This document shows positions 39,895 to 50,985 of a DNA stretch of 64,000 bases, one piece after another (the first letter of the stretch is position 1; every line of letters starts with the position of its first letter). The notes beneath the pieces were generated by a model. It saw only the letters and a program-made list of their open reading frames with translations. It ran no database searches and was not told the DNA's origin. The stretch comes from Vulcanimicrobiota bacterium (GTDB lineage Bacteria; Vulcanimicrobiota; Xenobia; Xenobiales; JADMJV01), in contig JBFWNU010000002.1 of assembly GCA_050250895.1 (NCBI GenBank), forward strand, positions 1-64,000. Direction: 5' to 3'. Made by a program: the position numbers and the translations under genes.

Positions 39895-40908
39895 ATGACT
39901 GCCATCTCCCGTCCCCTGCTAGAGGCTTTACCGTCGGCTGCAATCCTTACCGACACGCAGTTTCGCATACTGGACTGCAACCGGATGGCCGGCCAGCTGC
40001 TCGAATATGAGGCGCCTGAGTTGCTGCATAGCGATCTGCAGATGTTGTTGGCCTCCGAGAGGGATGCCGAAGTGCTCTCGGGCGATCCCTCCTGTGCCCT
40101 CAATCGCTTCGAGGTTCAGTGGGTGCGCAAAGGGGGGCAGCCGTTCCGGGCGGAAGCGGCCCGCAGCCTGGTCACGGACGGCTCGGGTCAGAGGATCGGG
40201 TTTCTGCTGGTATTGTCCAACCCCACCGAGCGTTTGCTAGAAACGCTGCGAGTCAACCAATTGGTTTTGGAATGCCGCGAATCCGAGAGAAGAGCCTTGG
40301 CCGAGAAGTTGCACGATAGCATCTTGCAGGAATTGATAGCCATCGGCTTTTCGCTGGCCCACCTGCAGCGTCGGCTGGATAGCGCCTCGACCGATGGGGA
40401 TTCGCTGCCCGGACTACAGCAGCGTGTGATCGCGATGATCCGTCGGATCCGGGCGCTGGTAGCCAGCTTACGCCCCACGGCCCTGGAGGTCTATGGCCTT
40501 TCGGCCTCGATCGAAGCCCTGGCCGATAGGGCCGTCAGAGAGCATTCGAACGGCCAGACCCAGGTCCGCCTGGACCTGGACGAGCTCCCGATCCGGAGCC
40601 TGGCCGAGCAGCTCTGCCTTTTTCACGCCGCTCAGGAAGCTTTGTTGAACAGCCTCAGACACGCCCGATCGAGCAATATCCTGATTAGTCTAAAGCAGGT
40701 TCGCACCGGGACCCGGCTGAGAATCAAGGATGATGGGATAGGCTTTGACGTCCCCGGCGACCTCTTCACACTGGTTCACTCGCAGCGTTACGGTCTGGCC
40801 GGCCTGGCCGAACAAACGAGACTGTCCAACGGCGAGTTCTCGGTGCGCTCGTCGCCGGGGCGGGGAACCTGCGTCGAGATCCTCTTGAGGTTGGTCAAGG
40901 CCCTATGA
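39895..40908 (+). CDS. PAS-domain HisKA_3 sensor kinase
   Basis: ERRALAEKLHDSILQ, QEALLN..RHA, DDGIGF and GRGT. Confidence 0.9.
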   Translation: MTAISRPLLEALPSAAILTDTQFRILDCNRMAGQLLEYEAPELLHSDLQMLLASERDAEVLSGDPSCALNRFEVQWVRKGGQPFRAEAARSLVTDGSGQRIGFLLVLSNPTERLLETLRVNQLVLECRESERRALAEKLHDSILQELIAIGFSLAHLQRRLDSASTDGDSLPGLQQRVIAMIRRIRALVASLRPTALEVYGLSASIEALADRAVREHSNGQTQVRLDLDELPIRSLAEQLCLFHAAQEALLNSLRHARSSNILISLKQVRTGTRLRIKDDGIGFDVPGDLFTLVHSQRYGLAGLAEQTRLSNGEFSVRSSPGRGTCVEILLRLVKAL

Positions 40909-41321
40909 GGGAAAGCTCGGACGTTTTTCAGCAAGACCTGGCTCATCTGGTCTCGATCTGCCGTTGGGTGACGCGATTTTATGGTGAGGCGGCTGTGGTC
41001 TCGCGCCGCCAGCACCAGTCTAAAACCCTCCAACTGATTGAGCAGGAGCGGGCCGGCCTGGCTGACGAGTTGCAGCTGTTGAGCGGCGCCGCCACCTGGT
41101 CTGAGGCCACCCTCCTGCCCCTGGTCCGCGACGCCCGTGGAGATGACGCTCGCATCCTTGAGCTTTGCGACCACATCGACGGTGAGACGATCATAGCCTA
41201 CGGAGCCTTTCTTCCGGCCTCTTCAGCCCAGCTACAGGCTCTTTTGGAGCGGCACATAGAACAGCTTCGCCGGGGCGCCGAGCGTCGCGCCTTCCTGTGG
41301 GAAGACCTCGACGAGGTGTAG
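40905..41321 (+). CDS. Small helical protein, possibly ferritin-like (DUF2383/PA2169-like)
   Basis: Coupled to the kinase. The four-helix pattern D..IL..C......Y gives only weak support for the family call. Confidence 0.45.
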   Translation: MRESSDVFQQDLAHLVSICRWVTRFYGEAAVVSRRQHQSKTLQLIEQERAGLADELQLLSGAATWSEATLLPLVRDARGDDARILELCDHIDGETIIAYGAFLPASSAQLQALLERHIEQLRRGAERRAFLWEDLDEV

Positions 41322-41481
41322 ACGCGCTAGGTGGGGTCGATCAAATCGCTGGTCATCTTCTTACGGGGAAGCCCCAGGGCTGATGGCTACGTTTTCCGAC
41401 TTCATGGGATCCCTCGAGCCTGGGTACGCTGGCAGCGAACCCGACAGTACGCCGTTCCGAATGCGTGGAGTAGCCGCCGGT

Positions 41482-42114
41482 CTAGCGGTCCTGTTGAAGG
41501 AAGTGGTCGTGAGCCCAGACTACCGCTTCCGCGCGCGAGTTGACTCCGAGCTTCTGATACAGCGAACTGACGTAGTTGCGGATTGTTTGCTCAGCCAGGT
41601 GCAGTTCCTGGGCGATGACTTTGTTGTCCAGGCCCCGTCCAATGAGAGTCAAAACTTCACGGTCGCGCGAATTGAGTGAGAGCCGGTCGGGGTCGGCAAG
41701 CTGGTGGGAAAGGCCGCGGATCTTGTCAGCCACCGACTGGCTAAACCAGACGGCGCCCTGTTCAATGACTCGAATAGCTTGCAAGAGGTGCTCGATCGCC
41801 TCATCCTTCACCAGGTAGCCACTAAGGGGAATCTGATTGAGTCCGCGCACATGGACATCATCATCGTAGGCGGTCAGAATCAACACCTTCAGGCCCGGCT
41901 GGACTTGGCGGGCTTGCTTGATCATCAAGTGGGGGGCCAGACCGGGCATGCTCAGGTCGAGGATCAAAAGGTCGGGTCGGTGTTCTGTTACGGCTTCAAG
42001 AGCCTCATCGCCGGTGGCTGCCTCAGCCACCACTTCTATACTGGCCCGCTCGGTCAGGGTGGCTCGAATGCCCTTGCGGACCAACGGATGATCATCCGCA
42101 AGGACGACTCTCAT
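41482..42114 (-). CDS. NarL/LuxR-family response regulator
   Basis: LADDHPLVRKG, LDLSMP and the HTH NKVIAQELHLAEQTIRNYVSSLYQKLGV. Confidence 0.93.
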   Translation of the reverse strand: MRVVLADDHPLVRKGIRATLTERASIEVVAEAATGDEALEAVTEHRPDLLILDLSMPGLAPHLMIKQARQVQPGLKVLILTAYDDDVHVRGLNQIPLSGYLVKDEAIEHLLQAIRVIEQGAVWFSQSVADKIRGLSHQLADPDRLSLNSRDREVLTLIGRGLDNKVIAQELHLAEQTIRNYVSSLYQKLGVNSRAEAVVWAHDHFLQQDR

Positions 42115-42441
42115 GCATCCCTCCAGGTGAGGATTCGCGAGACCCGATATTCTCTTCCCTGAGCCGATCTTCGCAGGACGGTCTTCGGCGGGGTGTTGGT
42201 TCGGGTTCGGGGTCTGTCATGACCTTCTGGCTGCCGCCCCGAAGGCCTCTTTTTAGCCGTATTCTCGAAAATTCTCCGCACGGTCGTCCACCTCCAGGCG
42301 AGAACCTGGGGCGAGTACAGGGGTCCCTTGGGTGAGTACAACCGACCCTATCCCTCGTCTGGGGTCAGGGCTAGTCTGTTTCTAGGCTCGGGGGGTGCTC
42401 GTCGCCTACAGCACGCCAGTCCAAGAATCGAGGTAACGCCG

Positions 42442-44025
42442 ATGTCGGCAAAGAGAATATTTTACCATGAAGACGCCCGTCGCAAGCTCGAGGCGGGTGC
42501 CAATATTCTGGCTAATGCCGTGAAGGGAACCTTGGGCCCGCGAGGCCGCACCGTGATGTTGCAGAACAAGTTCGGGGCTCCCACCATCACCAAGGACGGG
42601 GTCACGGTGGCCAAAGAGATCGACCTCGAGGACCGTTTCGAGAACCTGGGAGCACAGTTTGTGCGCGAGGTGGCCGCCAAGACCAATGAGGTGGCCGGCG
42701 ATGGTACTACCACCGCCACTGTTCTGGCCCAGGCCATGCTCCACGAAGGGTTGCGCCAGGTCACCGCTGGCGCCAATCCGATGTTGCTCAAGTCGGGCAT
42801 TGACAAAGCCGTGGCCGTGCTGGTGGAGGGCATTGCCAAGATGGCCATACCGGTGGCGAGCGTCGAGCACACCGCTCAGGTAGGCGCCATCGCCGCCAAC
42901 AATGACCGGGCTATCGGCAAGCTGCTGGCCCGGGCGATGGAACTGGTCGGCAAGGACGGGGTCATCACGGTGGAAGAGTCCACCACCATGGAGACCGACC
43001 TTCAGCACGAGGAAGGGATGCAGTTTGACAAAGGCTACGTGTCGGCATACTTCGTCACCGACGCTGAAAAGATGGAGGTGCGCTTCCAAAAACCCAAGAT
43101 TCTTCTGGTCGACAACAAGATCAGCGCCCTGTCCGAACTCCTGCCCTTGTTGGAGCTGGTGGTGCGTGCCGAGCGGCCCTTGTTGATCATCGCTCACGAC
43201 GTGGAGGGCGAAGCGCTCGCGACCCTGGTGGTCAACAAACTGCGAGGCACTCTCCAATGCGCGGCCGTCAAGGCCCCCGGCTTCGGCGACCGCCGGCGGG
43301 AGATGCTGCAGGATATGGCGGTCCTAACCGGTGGGCAGTTGGTCGCGGCGGAGCTAGGGCACCAGCTCGATAAGATCGGGATCGACTTCTTGGGCGATGC
43401 CGCTTCGGTGCAGATCACTAAGGACACCACGACCATCGTCGGCGGCAGCGGGTCTGAAGCGGCTATGAAAGCTCGTATGGCTGAACTTAAAGGTGCCATC
43501 AAGAACACCGACAGTGACTATGAACGAGAAAAGCTCCAGGAGCGATTGGCCAAGTTGGCCGGTGGGGTAGCCGTGCTTCGGGTGGGCGCCCCCACCGAGT
43601 CGGAACTCAAGGAGAAAAAGCATCGACTCGAGGATGCCCTGTCTGCCACCCGGGCAGCGGTGGAGGAAGGGATCGTTCCCGGTGGAGGTACAGCCTTCAT
43701 CAATTTGCTTCCTCTGCTCGACCAGCTCAGCCTCGAAGGCGACGAGAACCTGGGAGTTTCGCTGGTGCGCAAAGCCATCCAGGCCCCCCTGCGCACCATC
43801 GCCGACAACTCGGGAGCCGAGGGCTCTGTGGTGGTCGAGACGGTCAAGGAGATGGCGGCGGGAATCGGCTATGACGCGGTGGTGATGGATTACGTCCCCA
43901 TGGTGAAAAGCGGCATCGTGGACCCTGCCAAGGTGGTGCGGGTTGCCTTGCAGAATGCAGCCTCCATCGCTTCTATGGTCATCACGACAGAGACCTTGAT
44001 TGCCGACGCACCCGACCTCGACTAA
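42442..44025 (+). CDS. groL: Chaperonin GroEL (paralog; no adjacent groES, no GGM tail)
   Basis: Motifs [26 protein letters not shown] and KAPGFGDRR. Confidence 0.96.
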   Translation: MSAKRIFYHEDARRKLEAGANILANAVKGTLGPRGRTVMLQNKFGAPTITKDGVTVAKEIDLEDRFENLGAQFVREVAAKTNEVAGDGTTTATVLAQAMLHEGLRQVTAGANPMLLKSGIDKAVAVLVEGIAKMAIPVASVEHTAQVGAIAANNDRAIGKLLARAMELVGKDGVITVEESTTMETDLQHEEGMQFDKGYVSAYFVTDAEKMEVRFQKPKILLVDNKISALSELLPLLELVVRAERPLLIIAHDVEGEALATLVVNKLRGTLQCAAVKAPGFGDRRREMLQDMAVLTGGQLVAAELGHQLDKIGIDFLGDAASVQITKDTTTIVGGSGSEAAMKARMAELKGAIKNTDSDYEREKLQERLAKLAGGVAVLRVGAPTESELKEKKHRLEDALSATRAAVEEGIVPGGGTAFINLLPLLDQLSLEGDENLGVSLVRKAIQAPLRTIADNSGAEGSVVVETVKEMAAGIGYDAVVMDYVPMVKSGIVDPAKVVRVALQNAASIASMVITTETLIADAPDLD

Positions 44026-44283
44026 CGACCAGGCCCTGACGTAGCTGCACGTGGGCCTGGACGGTGGACGGGCGCTCGAGAAGACACGAAGATACCCAGA
44101 GTGCGGGTATGTGCCAGGTAGCCAGGGAGTATGGGGATCCGATCGGCAGAGTACCCGCTAGTCTAGGGAGACGTTTGGCTCAGCCTTATGCTAAGAGCCT
44201 GTCATGGATGAAGTATCGCATTCTGGGCTCCCTCACTCCGCCGGTTCTTCCGGCGCCGCGAGTGATTGTTCGCAGTTGACCGA

Positions 44284-46263
44284 ATGACTAGCGGTTGGTG
44301 GAAAATCGTCTGCACCCAAGACGAAATGAGGACTACCGTCGAACAGATCGGGCTGGGGGCCCGCGTCAGTGCGAGCTACATTGTCTTGCTGGTGCTTTCG
44401 AGTCTGATCGCAGCCTACGGATTGGTCTCGAATTCGACCGCCACCGTGATCGGCGCCATGATCGTCGCACCTTTGATGGGGCCAATTTTGGGTCTGGCAA
44501 TGGCTACCGCGCGGGGGGATTCCGAGACTTTCAATCAGTCGCTGTTGGCTGAGGGACTGGGTGTGCTGTTGGTGGTCGGAACCTCGGTCCTGGTCGCGCT
44601 GTTTGTGTCTCCCGTCAACATCGACTTCAGCATCAGCGAGATCCTCGGGCGCACACGGCCAACGCTCTATGACCTCGCTATTGGACTGGCGGCCGGGTTG
44701 GCCGGCGCGTATTGCACAGTCCACCCCCGATTGCAAGCATCGGTAGCCGGAGTGGCCGTGGCGGTAGCCCTGGTACCCCCGTTGGCGGTCACCGGATTGA
44801 CCGCGGCCGGTGCTCTCTATTCTCAGATCTCATGGCACTATGCTTTCGGCTCGTTCATGCTATTCTTTACCAACCTGCTGACCATCGAGCTGGCTGCCAG
44901 CGTGGTTTTCCTGATGGCTGGCGCCGGGGATTTGCGAGCGATGGCGACCGGCAAAACTTCGATCGTCGTCAAATTGGTGCTGTTGCTGTTGACCTGTCTG
45001 TTTCTCGCTCAACAGCTGAGCGGCCTGGTCAGAGAGCGGCTTGGCAGGGCGACCACTCAGAGAGTTCTGTCTGCCTACCTCGTGGACGTTCCCTGGGCTT
45101 CGCTCGATTCGCTCGAGGTTAGCCTCACCAAAGAGGTGCTGACCGTGGTGGCCGTGATCGGAGCTCGCGAGGAGTTTCGCCCCCCCGAGGTCGCGACCCT
45201 AGAGAGGCTCATCCAGGAGCAACTGCACCACGCCCTGCCCGATGTGCGGGTGGCTCTGCTGGTGCGCACGGTCCAGTCGGTCTATGCCTCTTCGACCGGT
45301 TTCCATGACCGATCGAAGGCGCATCTTAGCGTCGAGCAGCAGCAACTTCAAGCCCTGGACGTGCTGCTGCGCCAGGTTCTGGCCAACCATCCCTTCGAAC
45401 TGGAATCGTTTCGCCTGGCCCCGGCCGATGCCGCCTCACGCCATCTGATCGTGACCGTCATCAGCCCTTTCACCGTTGCTCCTCACATGGTGGAGGGCCT
45501 GCAAGCCCAGGTCAACCAGCGGGCGGCAGCTCAGGTTCTACTCCACGGCAAGCCGATTCTGCTGACCGTTCGTAGCCTTCTGGTGCGCAGCGCCACCGCT
45601 GAGCAGGATGTCCACTACGACGTTCCAGACACTTCCACGCCCGGCCAGGGGACCAAGCTGGCCCGAGAGCGTGAGGTCCAGGTGCACTTGAATGCGCTGG
45701 TTGCTCGTGAGCCCGGGCTCGTGCTCTTGGAGGCACACGTCAACGCGGCCGAGGTTCCCGAATCCGGATCGGCTGCGGGCGGTCAAGATTCACGCCCCGA
45801 GCAGCGATTCTTGATTCAAGGGGTCGTCCAGGGATCGCACCTGATGACCACGCTGCAGATTCAACGGTGGCAGGACCAGCTCTCAAAGGAGCTATCTGAC
45901 GATAGTCATCTGCGCACTTTCGACCTGGAACTCGAATCGCGCGTGGGCACCGTCTTGCACCGTAGTGCCAACGAGCAGGGCATGTCCAGCAATAACATTC
46001 AGGCGCGAGTCACCTCGTTTCTCCAGGAACGTCTGGCCGAGGTTCCTGATGCTCGCCTGGGCGACTCGGTCGAGGTTGCTGTGGAAAAGGGGCAAACCAC
46101 CTTGATGGTGGTCCGCGTCACCGTCATCTCGGCCAGGCCGATTCCCGACCAGACTCTCAAGAGCTGGAAAGCTAGGCTGGAAGCTGCCGAGAGCACCTCC
46201 GAAGTTCCGGTGAGCGTCGACTTGGAGGTGGAGAATCTGACGGGTTCCTTCCGTCGATTCTAG
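44284..46263 (+). CDS. DUF389/TIGR00341 membrane protein with long C-terminal extension
   Basis: NSTATVIGAMIVAPLMGPI, RTRPTLYDL and GVAVAVALVPPL. Confidence 0.85.
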   Translation: MTSGWWKIVCTQDEMRTTVEQIGLGARVSASYIVLLVLSSLIAAYGLVSNSTATVIGAMIVAPLMGPILGLAMATARGDSETFNQSLLAEGLGVLLVVGTSVLVALFVSPVNIDFSISEILGRTRPTLYDLAIGLAAGLAGAYCTVHPRLQASVAGVAVAVALVPPLAVTGLTAAGALYSQISWHYAFGSFMLFFTNLLTIELAASVVFLMAGAGDLRAMATGKTSIVVKLVLLLLTCLFLAQQLSGLVRERLGRATTQRVLSAYLVDVPWASLDSLEVSLTKEVLTVVAVIGAREEFRPPEVATLERLIQEQLHHALPDVRVALLVRTVQSVYASSTGFHDRSKAHLSVEQQQLQALDVLLRQVLANHPFELESFRLAPADAASRHLIVTVISPFTVAPHMVEGLQAQVNQRAAAQVLLHGKPILLTVRSLLVRSATAEQDVHYDVPDTSTPGQGTKLAREREVQVHLNALVAREPGLVLLEAHVNAAEVPESGSAAGGQDSRPEQRFLIQGVVQGSHLMTTLQIQRWQDQLSKELSDDSHLRTFDLELESRVGTVLHRSANEQGMSSNNIQARVTSFLQERLAEVPDARLGDSVEVAVEKGQTTLMVVRVTVISARPIPDQTLKSWKARLEAAESTSEVPVSVDLEVENLTGSFRRF

Positions 46264-46488
46264 GGGCTACCGACAGCTGCAGGTGGACAGGAAACACTGG
46301 CAGTTTCTGGCAAGAAGGTACGCCTGTACCGGGATTCCTGACAGGCTGCTCGAGCCTCCTGGTATTTCGGAGTCTTCCTGTTGAGAGAGCTTGGTTCTAA
46401 GCTGAAGAGGATGGACTTGGCTGGCTTTGGCCATCGGTGCCGGGGGCGACTGAGAAATCAAGACTAATGTTCATAGGAAGAAGAATGC

Positions 46489-47577
46489 ATGGAATCACCC
46501 ACTCTCAATCGTAAAGCAATCTTGGAACTCGCCGACGTGCAAGCCAAGACCTGCGTGACGCTGTTGATGGATACGGCCCGATCTGGCCCGTCAGCTCGCC
46601 AGGGCCAGATTCGTTTCAAGAATCTGGTAAGTCAAGCCGAGGCCGAACTCAAAGCCAGAAACCTTCGTCAAGACGAAGTCGCGGCACTACTTAAACCGAC
46701 CGAGCAACTACTCATCGACACACTCTTTTGGTCCTACCAGATGGAAGGACTGGCGATCTACCTCGAGGGTGGCACCCGTCGTCTTTACCAGTTGCCTTTT
46801 CCCGTGCAAGACCGGGTGGTGGTGGCCGATCAATTTTACGTAAAGCCTCTGCTCAAGGCCGCCACCAACGAGAACTACTACGTCCTGAGCCTCAACCTAA
46901 ACGGAGTTCAATTGTTGCTGTGCGGCGCGCAGGGAGTGAGCGTGTTTTCGCTAGAAGCTACGGCGAAATCTCTCAAGGAGTTCATGGACGCCACCGAGAT
47001 CAGCCCCGAGCTTCAACATCACGGCCGCGCCGCATCCCGGGGAGCGCCAACCTCGAGTTATCACGGTCACGGCGGCAACGAAGACCTCCGCAAAGTCGCC
47101 CTGGGGGAATGGATGGGTTCCTTGGCTCGAGTGGTGGAAGGCGTGCTCTTGGAAGAACGGCTTCCTCTGGTTTTGGCCGGGGTCGAGTATGTGGTGGGTG
47201 AATACCGCACGCATGACCGGTACCCCCATACCGTGCCCGAAGCGGTGCTCGGTAGTCCCGAAAGGAAGTCACCCTCCGAGCTTCGTCAGGCTAGCTGGCA
47301 AAGGGTGAAGGGCCTCTTTGAGGAGCGTCTGCAACAGGAATTGGGGCGTTTCCAGGCTGGCGCTGGCACGGGTCGGAGCATCTGCGGCCTCGAAGAGTGC
47401 CTCCAGGCGGCGGCCGAGGGGAGGGTGGAGCACCTGCTGGTCGCTGACGGGGGCAGGACGGAAGAACTGTCGGAGCGCGCTTGTTTGGACACCCTCCGCA
47501 ATGGCGGCAGCGTCAGTGTGCTCTCGCCGGAAATGGTGCCCGGCGGCGGCCAGATTGCGGCTATTCTTCGCTTTTAG
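46489..47577 (+). CDS. Bacterial archaeo-eukaryotic release factor (baeRF)-family protein
   Basis: IRFKNL, F.VKPLL, PLVLAG, AAAEGRVEHLLV and C-terminal IAAILRF. Confidence 0.75.
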   Translation: MESPTLNRKAILELADVQAKTCVTLLMDTARSGPSARQGQIRFKNLVSQAEAELKARNLRQDEVAALLKPTEQLLIDTLFWSYQMEGLAIYLEGGTRRLYQLPFPVQDRVVVADQFYVKPLLKAATNENYYVLSLNLNGVQLLLCGAQGVSVFSLEATAKSLKEFMDATEISPELQHHGRAASRGAPTSSYHGHGGNEDLRKVALGEWMGSLARVVEGVLLEERLPLVLAGVEYVVGEYRTHDRYPHTVPEAVLGSPERKSPSELRQASWQRVKGLFEERLQQELGRFQAGAGTGRSICGLEECLQAAAEGRVEHLLVADGGRTEELSERACLDTLRNGGSVSVLSPEMVPGGGQIAAILRF

Positions 47578-47677
47578 CCAGGCTCTTCGCCGCCGCCTGG
47601 TTGGGCCGGACAGCTCCAACCCCTGCCGATGGCGCTTCTTCGGGGGCCGACGGGCGGGGGGGCTGCCGGCCACTTGA

Positions 47678-47941
47678 TCAGTTGCCGCCTCTGCCTCGCC
47701 CCGAAATGAGGGCCAGGCCGAAAATCAAGACCGCCGATCCAAGAATCGCCGGCAGGACGGCCACACCGGCCAGGCTCGGCCCGAAATCACCGATCAACTT
47801 TGTGCCTATCCAGGCCCCGGCCACTCCTAAAACCATGGCTACCAAAAAACCGCCAGGGATGCTTCCAGGGACCATAGCGCTGGCGATCCAGGCGCACACC
47901 GCGGCGACAATCAAAAAGAAAATCCAGCCCATGATACTCAT
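47678..47941 (-). CDS. GlsB/YeaQ/YmgE stress-response membrane protein
   Basis: PGGFLVAMVLGVAGAWIG...PAILGS. Confidence 0.85.
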   Translation of the reverse strand: MSIMGWIFFLIVAAVCAWIASAMVPGSIPGGFLVAMVLGVAGAWIGTKLIGDFGPSLAGVAVLPAILGSAVLIFGLALISGRGRGGN

Positions 47942-48194
47942 CGTCCAACCTTCTTTCTTGCTCAGTAGAGTATGTCTGCCGCCACCATCGAGTTTGGTCC
48001 GGCTCCCTCAGTTTAGGTCTACTCGCCCGGGTCTGGTAGTCTCACCGATCCTCTCCTTTCGGTCGTTGTTGCATACGCGGATCCTTCACACTCGGGACGA
48101 CGGGTTCTATTGCTCAGGCGGCTCTCGCCCTAAGGTGATGTGAGAGGAGCGCAAAGCTTGCGCTCACTCCCGGTCGCATAGGAGGACAAAGATT

Positions 48195-48611
48195 GTGAAA
48201 AGACTTATCTGTAGCGGGCTTCTGACAGGAATATTGATGATGGTACCTATCCTGGGCATGGCCCAGGATTATCCGTCCACCACGGGTGGTGAGCCGTCCG
48301 CCGTCAGCCAGACACCCGAGGCGGCCGAAGCTGCTGAGCCGACAACAAACCTTGAAGTCAATGTCGAGCCAGCCCAGCTACCCGCCCCCAAGGTCGACGT
48401 CCAAGTGAATCCGGCCCCAGTTGTCGCTCCCACCCACACGTCCACCACCACTACGACCAGGGAAATCATCGAGCGCCAGCCCGCCGCCGCTACCGGGACG
48501 ACCGATAATACCTCGACGCTACTGATATTCGGCGGTGTCGCTCTGCTGGTCGTCATCCTGGTGGTGATGGCGATGTCGATGGGCAAGACCGAGGCTAAGA
48601 CAACGCCTTGA
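48195..48611 (+). CDS. Exported Pro/Thr-rich protein with C-terminal membrane anchor
   Basis: AGGAGG RBS, signal peptide and C-terminal TM segment. Confidence 0.7.
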   Translation: MKRLICSGLLTGILMMVPILGMAQDYPSTTGGEPSAVSQTPEAAEAAEPTTNLEVNVEPAQLPAPKVDVQVNPAPVVAPTHTSTTTTTREIIERQPAAATGTTDNTSTLLIFGGVALLVVILVVMAMSMGKTEAKTTP

Positions 48612-48837
48612 AAACGCCGGTATAGTTTCGTTGTTGGCCTCCTCTTGAAGTCGCATACTTCAAGCTTGGAGGCTATTTCCTTGCTCCTCAGAAGAACTGG
48701 CCAGCGATCATTCGACGAAGACGGCGAGGTCGGCGTGACGGTGGCGTGGACCGATCGACCCGCAGTGCGGTTGGCCAATCCCCCCCGGGGGGGATCGACC
48801 CCGCTCCGGGCTGGAAGACGAAGCCAAACTAGCGGGG

Positions 48838-49215
48838 CTACATCCAAACCTTCTTGGCGTCGATGCTGCCATCCCAATCGCGACCCCCATGAATTTTCAC
48901 CAGTTCGCCACGATGATTGGATAAAACCTCGAACATGCTGTTGTAGGTGATGACTTCATCTTTGAAATACCCGCCTTTATAGTAATTGCGACGGACCATT
49001 ACGGTGTCGGGCTTGAGATAGACCCAGTTCTGGCGAACCTTGGGATCGTCTTCGGGGAGGGCTACGCCTATCCGTTGTTCGGCCCGCTCGACGCTGACCA
49101 CTCGGTAGCGCCCGGTGACCAGAAGTAGCTGAGCCTCGGCGGACTGGGGGGCCAGGCTCCCCGCCAGGGTGAGCGCCAGCGTAACAAGGGTGAGAATACC
49201 CACGATGCGTTTCAT
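48838..49215 (-). CDS. Secreted hypothetical protein
   Basis: Signal peptide ending in AEA and an AAAGGA RBS. Confidence 0.7.
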   Translation of the reverse strand: MKRIVGILTLVTLALTLAGSLAPQSAEAQLLLVTGRYRVVSVERAEQRIGVALPEDDPKVRQNWVYLKPDTVMVRRNYYKGGYFKDEVITYNSMFEVLSNHRGELVKIHGGRDWDGSIDAKKVWM

Positions 49216-49242
49216 TTTTTGAGTCCTTTCAATTCCCGTTCT

Positions 49243-50667
49243 TCAACGAAGGGTCAAGTCTAGATTGAGGGGGGTGGGGCTGCGTCCCGCCGAATCAGTG
49301 GATTCGACAACCAGAGCCAGCGTCGTGTTGGAGCCTAGCGACGAGGCGTCGATCTGAATGTTGAAATTCCCATCGGCGTCGGCTTGGCCTTGCCCTTGCA
49401 GGCGTGGCCCGCCGATGTCGAGCAAGCCCGGAATCAGTGCGCGCGACGACTGCACGGACACGCGCACGTTGGCATATGGGGCCGTTCGACCCTGAACATT
49501 GAACACGTGGTCCACGCTCATACCATCACGCAGGTTGATGAGCTGAAGGTCGCTGTAGTAGTAGTAGTTGTTGTTGTTGTTGTTGTTGGCGTAGGCGTCG
49601 ACGTAAAAGCTCCATTGCTGACGGATCGAGTTGCCCGAGCTATCCTGAGCACTCACGTAGACCTGATGCAGCCCTGAGTTCAGGTCGACCGAGGGTCGGT
49701 AGCGCAACTGGTTTCCGTATAGGTTGGTCGCTCTGGTTACGTCCTGCCCATCCACCAGCATGCGCAGGGTTTGCCGATACACCTGCCGGTCAAACTGCAT
49801 CTCTATGTTGGGACGGGATTCCGTCACGGTGCTGTTGGCCTGGGGTAGCAGATTGTATGCGTTGCGGCCAGATGTGTTGGCGTTGTTTTGGGCCAGGGCG
49901 AAAGAGAGGCTGCGGTTGGCTTCCATCTGGCTCTCTCTGCCGTTGCCGGCCAGTCGAGCCACGACGGTGCCTCGCTCGATGCTAAGGTTGTTGGGGATGG
50001 TGACGCTTCCCTCGTAGCGGCCTGGCCGCACCTCTTGCATCTGGACTTCGGCGAAGATACCCGGTACTTCGAAGGTGGCCTGACCGTCGGGGTCGCCTAG
50101 CATGGTCACCTGCAGTTGGTCGCCGGGGCGGAGGGGAGCGGTTGATGAATGGAGCACGCTCTGGATCTCCAGACGAGCCCTTGGCTGCGCTACCGGGGCG
50201 GGCTCGGTCGGGGCCGGTGTATTTTGGGCAATGGGCGGGGCAGCAGTAATCGATACCGTCCGCGAAGCCGATTGCCAGACGACATCCGCTCCCAAAGCCT
50301 CAGAGATGAACCGCAGCGGAACCATTGTTCGCCCCGAATAGGTGGCGGCGGGGACATCCAGGTAGACCGTTCGGCCATCAACCAGGGCACTGCGGCTGCC
50401 GAGTACCAGTTCTACTTGGGTTCGGTCCCTGGTGGCTTTGATACTGCGACTGGCCGGCAGGTAGACAACCTCGGCGCCCAGGCGCTCGAAGATGCCTCTT
50501 AGAGGCACGAGCACTCGACCTTCCTGCATGATGGCCGGCTGATCGAGGTTCATTGGTCGTTGGTCTAGCAAGACCCGGACATCCGGTGCCGAGAAGCTCG
50601 GCGCGGACATCAAAGCACTGAGAAGGAAAGATGTGACGATGGCTCTCATCGTGTGGTGTGGTTGCAT
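49243..50667 (-). CDS. Copper amine oxidase N-terminal (stalk) domain protein with Ig-like domains
   Basis: GRVLVPLRGIFERLGAEV and GRTMVPLRFISEALGADVVW; contains an Asn7-Tyr4 run. Confidence 0.85.
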   Translation of the reverse strand: MQPHHTMRAIVTSFLLSALMSAPSFSAPDVRVLLDQRPMNLDQPAIMQEGRVLVPLRGIFERLGAEVVYLPASRSIKATRDRTQVELVLGSRSALVDGRTVYLDVPAATYSGRTMVPLRFISEALGADVVWQSASRTVSITAAPPIAQNTPAPTEPAPVAQPRARLEIQSVLHSSTAPLRPGDQLQVTMLGDPDGQATFEVPGIFAEVQMQEVRPGRYEGSVTIPNNLSIERGTVVARLAGNGRESQMEANRSLSFALAQNNANTSGRNAYNLLPQANSTVTESRPNIEMQFDRQVYRQTLRMLVDGQDVTRATNLYGNQLRYRPSVDLNSGLHQVYVSAQDSSGNSIRQQWSFYVDAYANNNNNNNYYYYSDLQLINLRDGMSVDHVFNVQGRTAPYANVRVSVQSSRALIPGLLDIGGPRLQGQGQADADGNFNIQIDASSLGSNTTLALVVESTDSAGRSPTPLNLDLTLR

Positions 50668-50799
50668 TCTAGAGGCTCCTTTGCTTGCCTGGGAGGTTGG
50701 TAGCGGCCCGGTCGTTTGAGAGGACTGGGGACGGCAACCCTCGATCGAAGGCTCCGTTAAGAGCCTAGCAGACCCTCGGCGCAGCCCCCAGGGCCGGCA

Positions 50800-50817
50800 A
50801 TACCCTGCTGAGGGTAT
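50800..50817. promoter_or_regulatory. Palindrome ATACCCT-gctg-AGGGTAT, candidate response-regulator site
   Basis: Perfect 7-bp arms in a divergent intergenic region; recurs at 57213-57230. Confidence 0.5.
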
Positions 50818-50985
50818 GCTCGTAACCTGACGAGAACCCACCGTCGGGTCCGCCGGCTTGATTCGGAATACTCTGGGTCCGGGTATTGCAGTAACTTCCA
50901 AGAATGCTCGCCAAGCCGTACCCTCATGGAAACCCTGGAACGCCAGCGGTCGAAATCAACTAAGTCACGCCTAAAGGAGGCTGTT

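Noticed and set aside
49553-49590. (GTT)n/(GTA)n microsatellite
   Set aside because: Encodes an in-frame Asn/Tyr linker; triplet changes would not phase-vary the gene.
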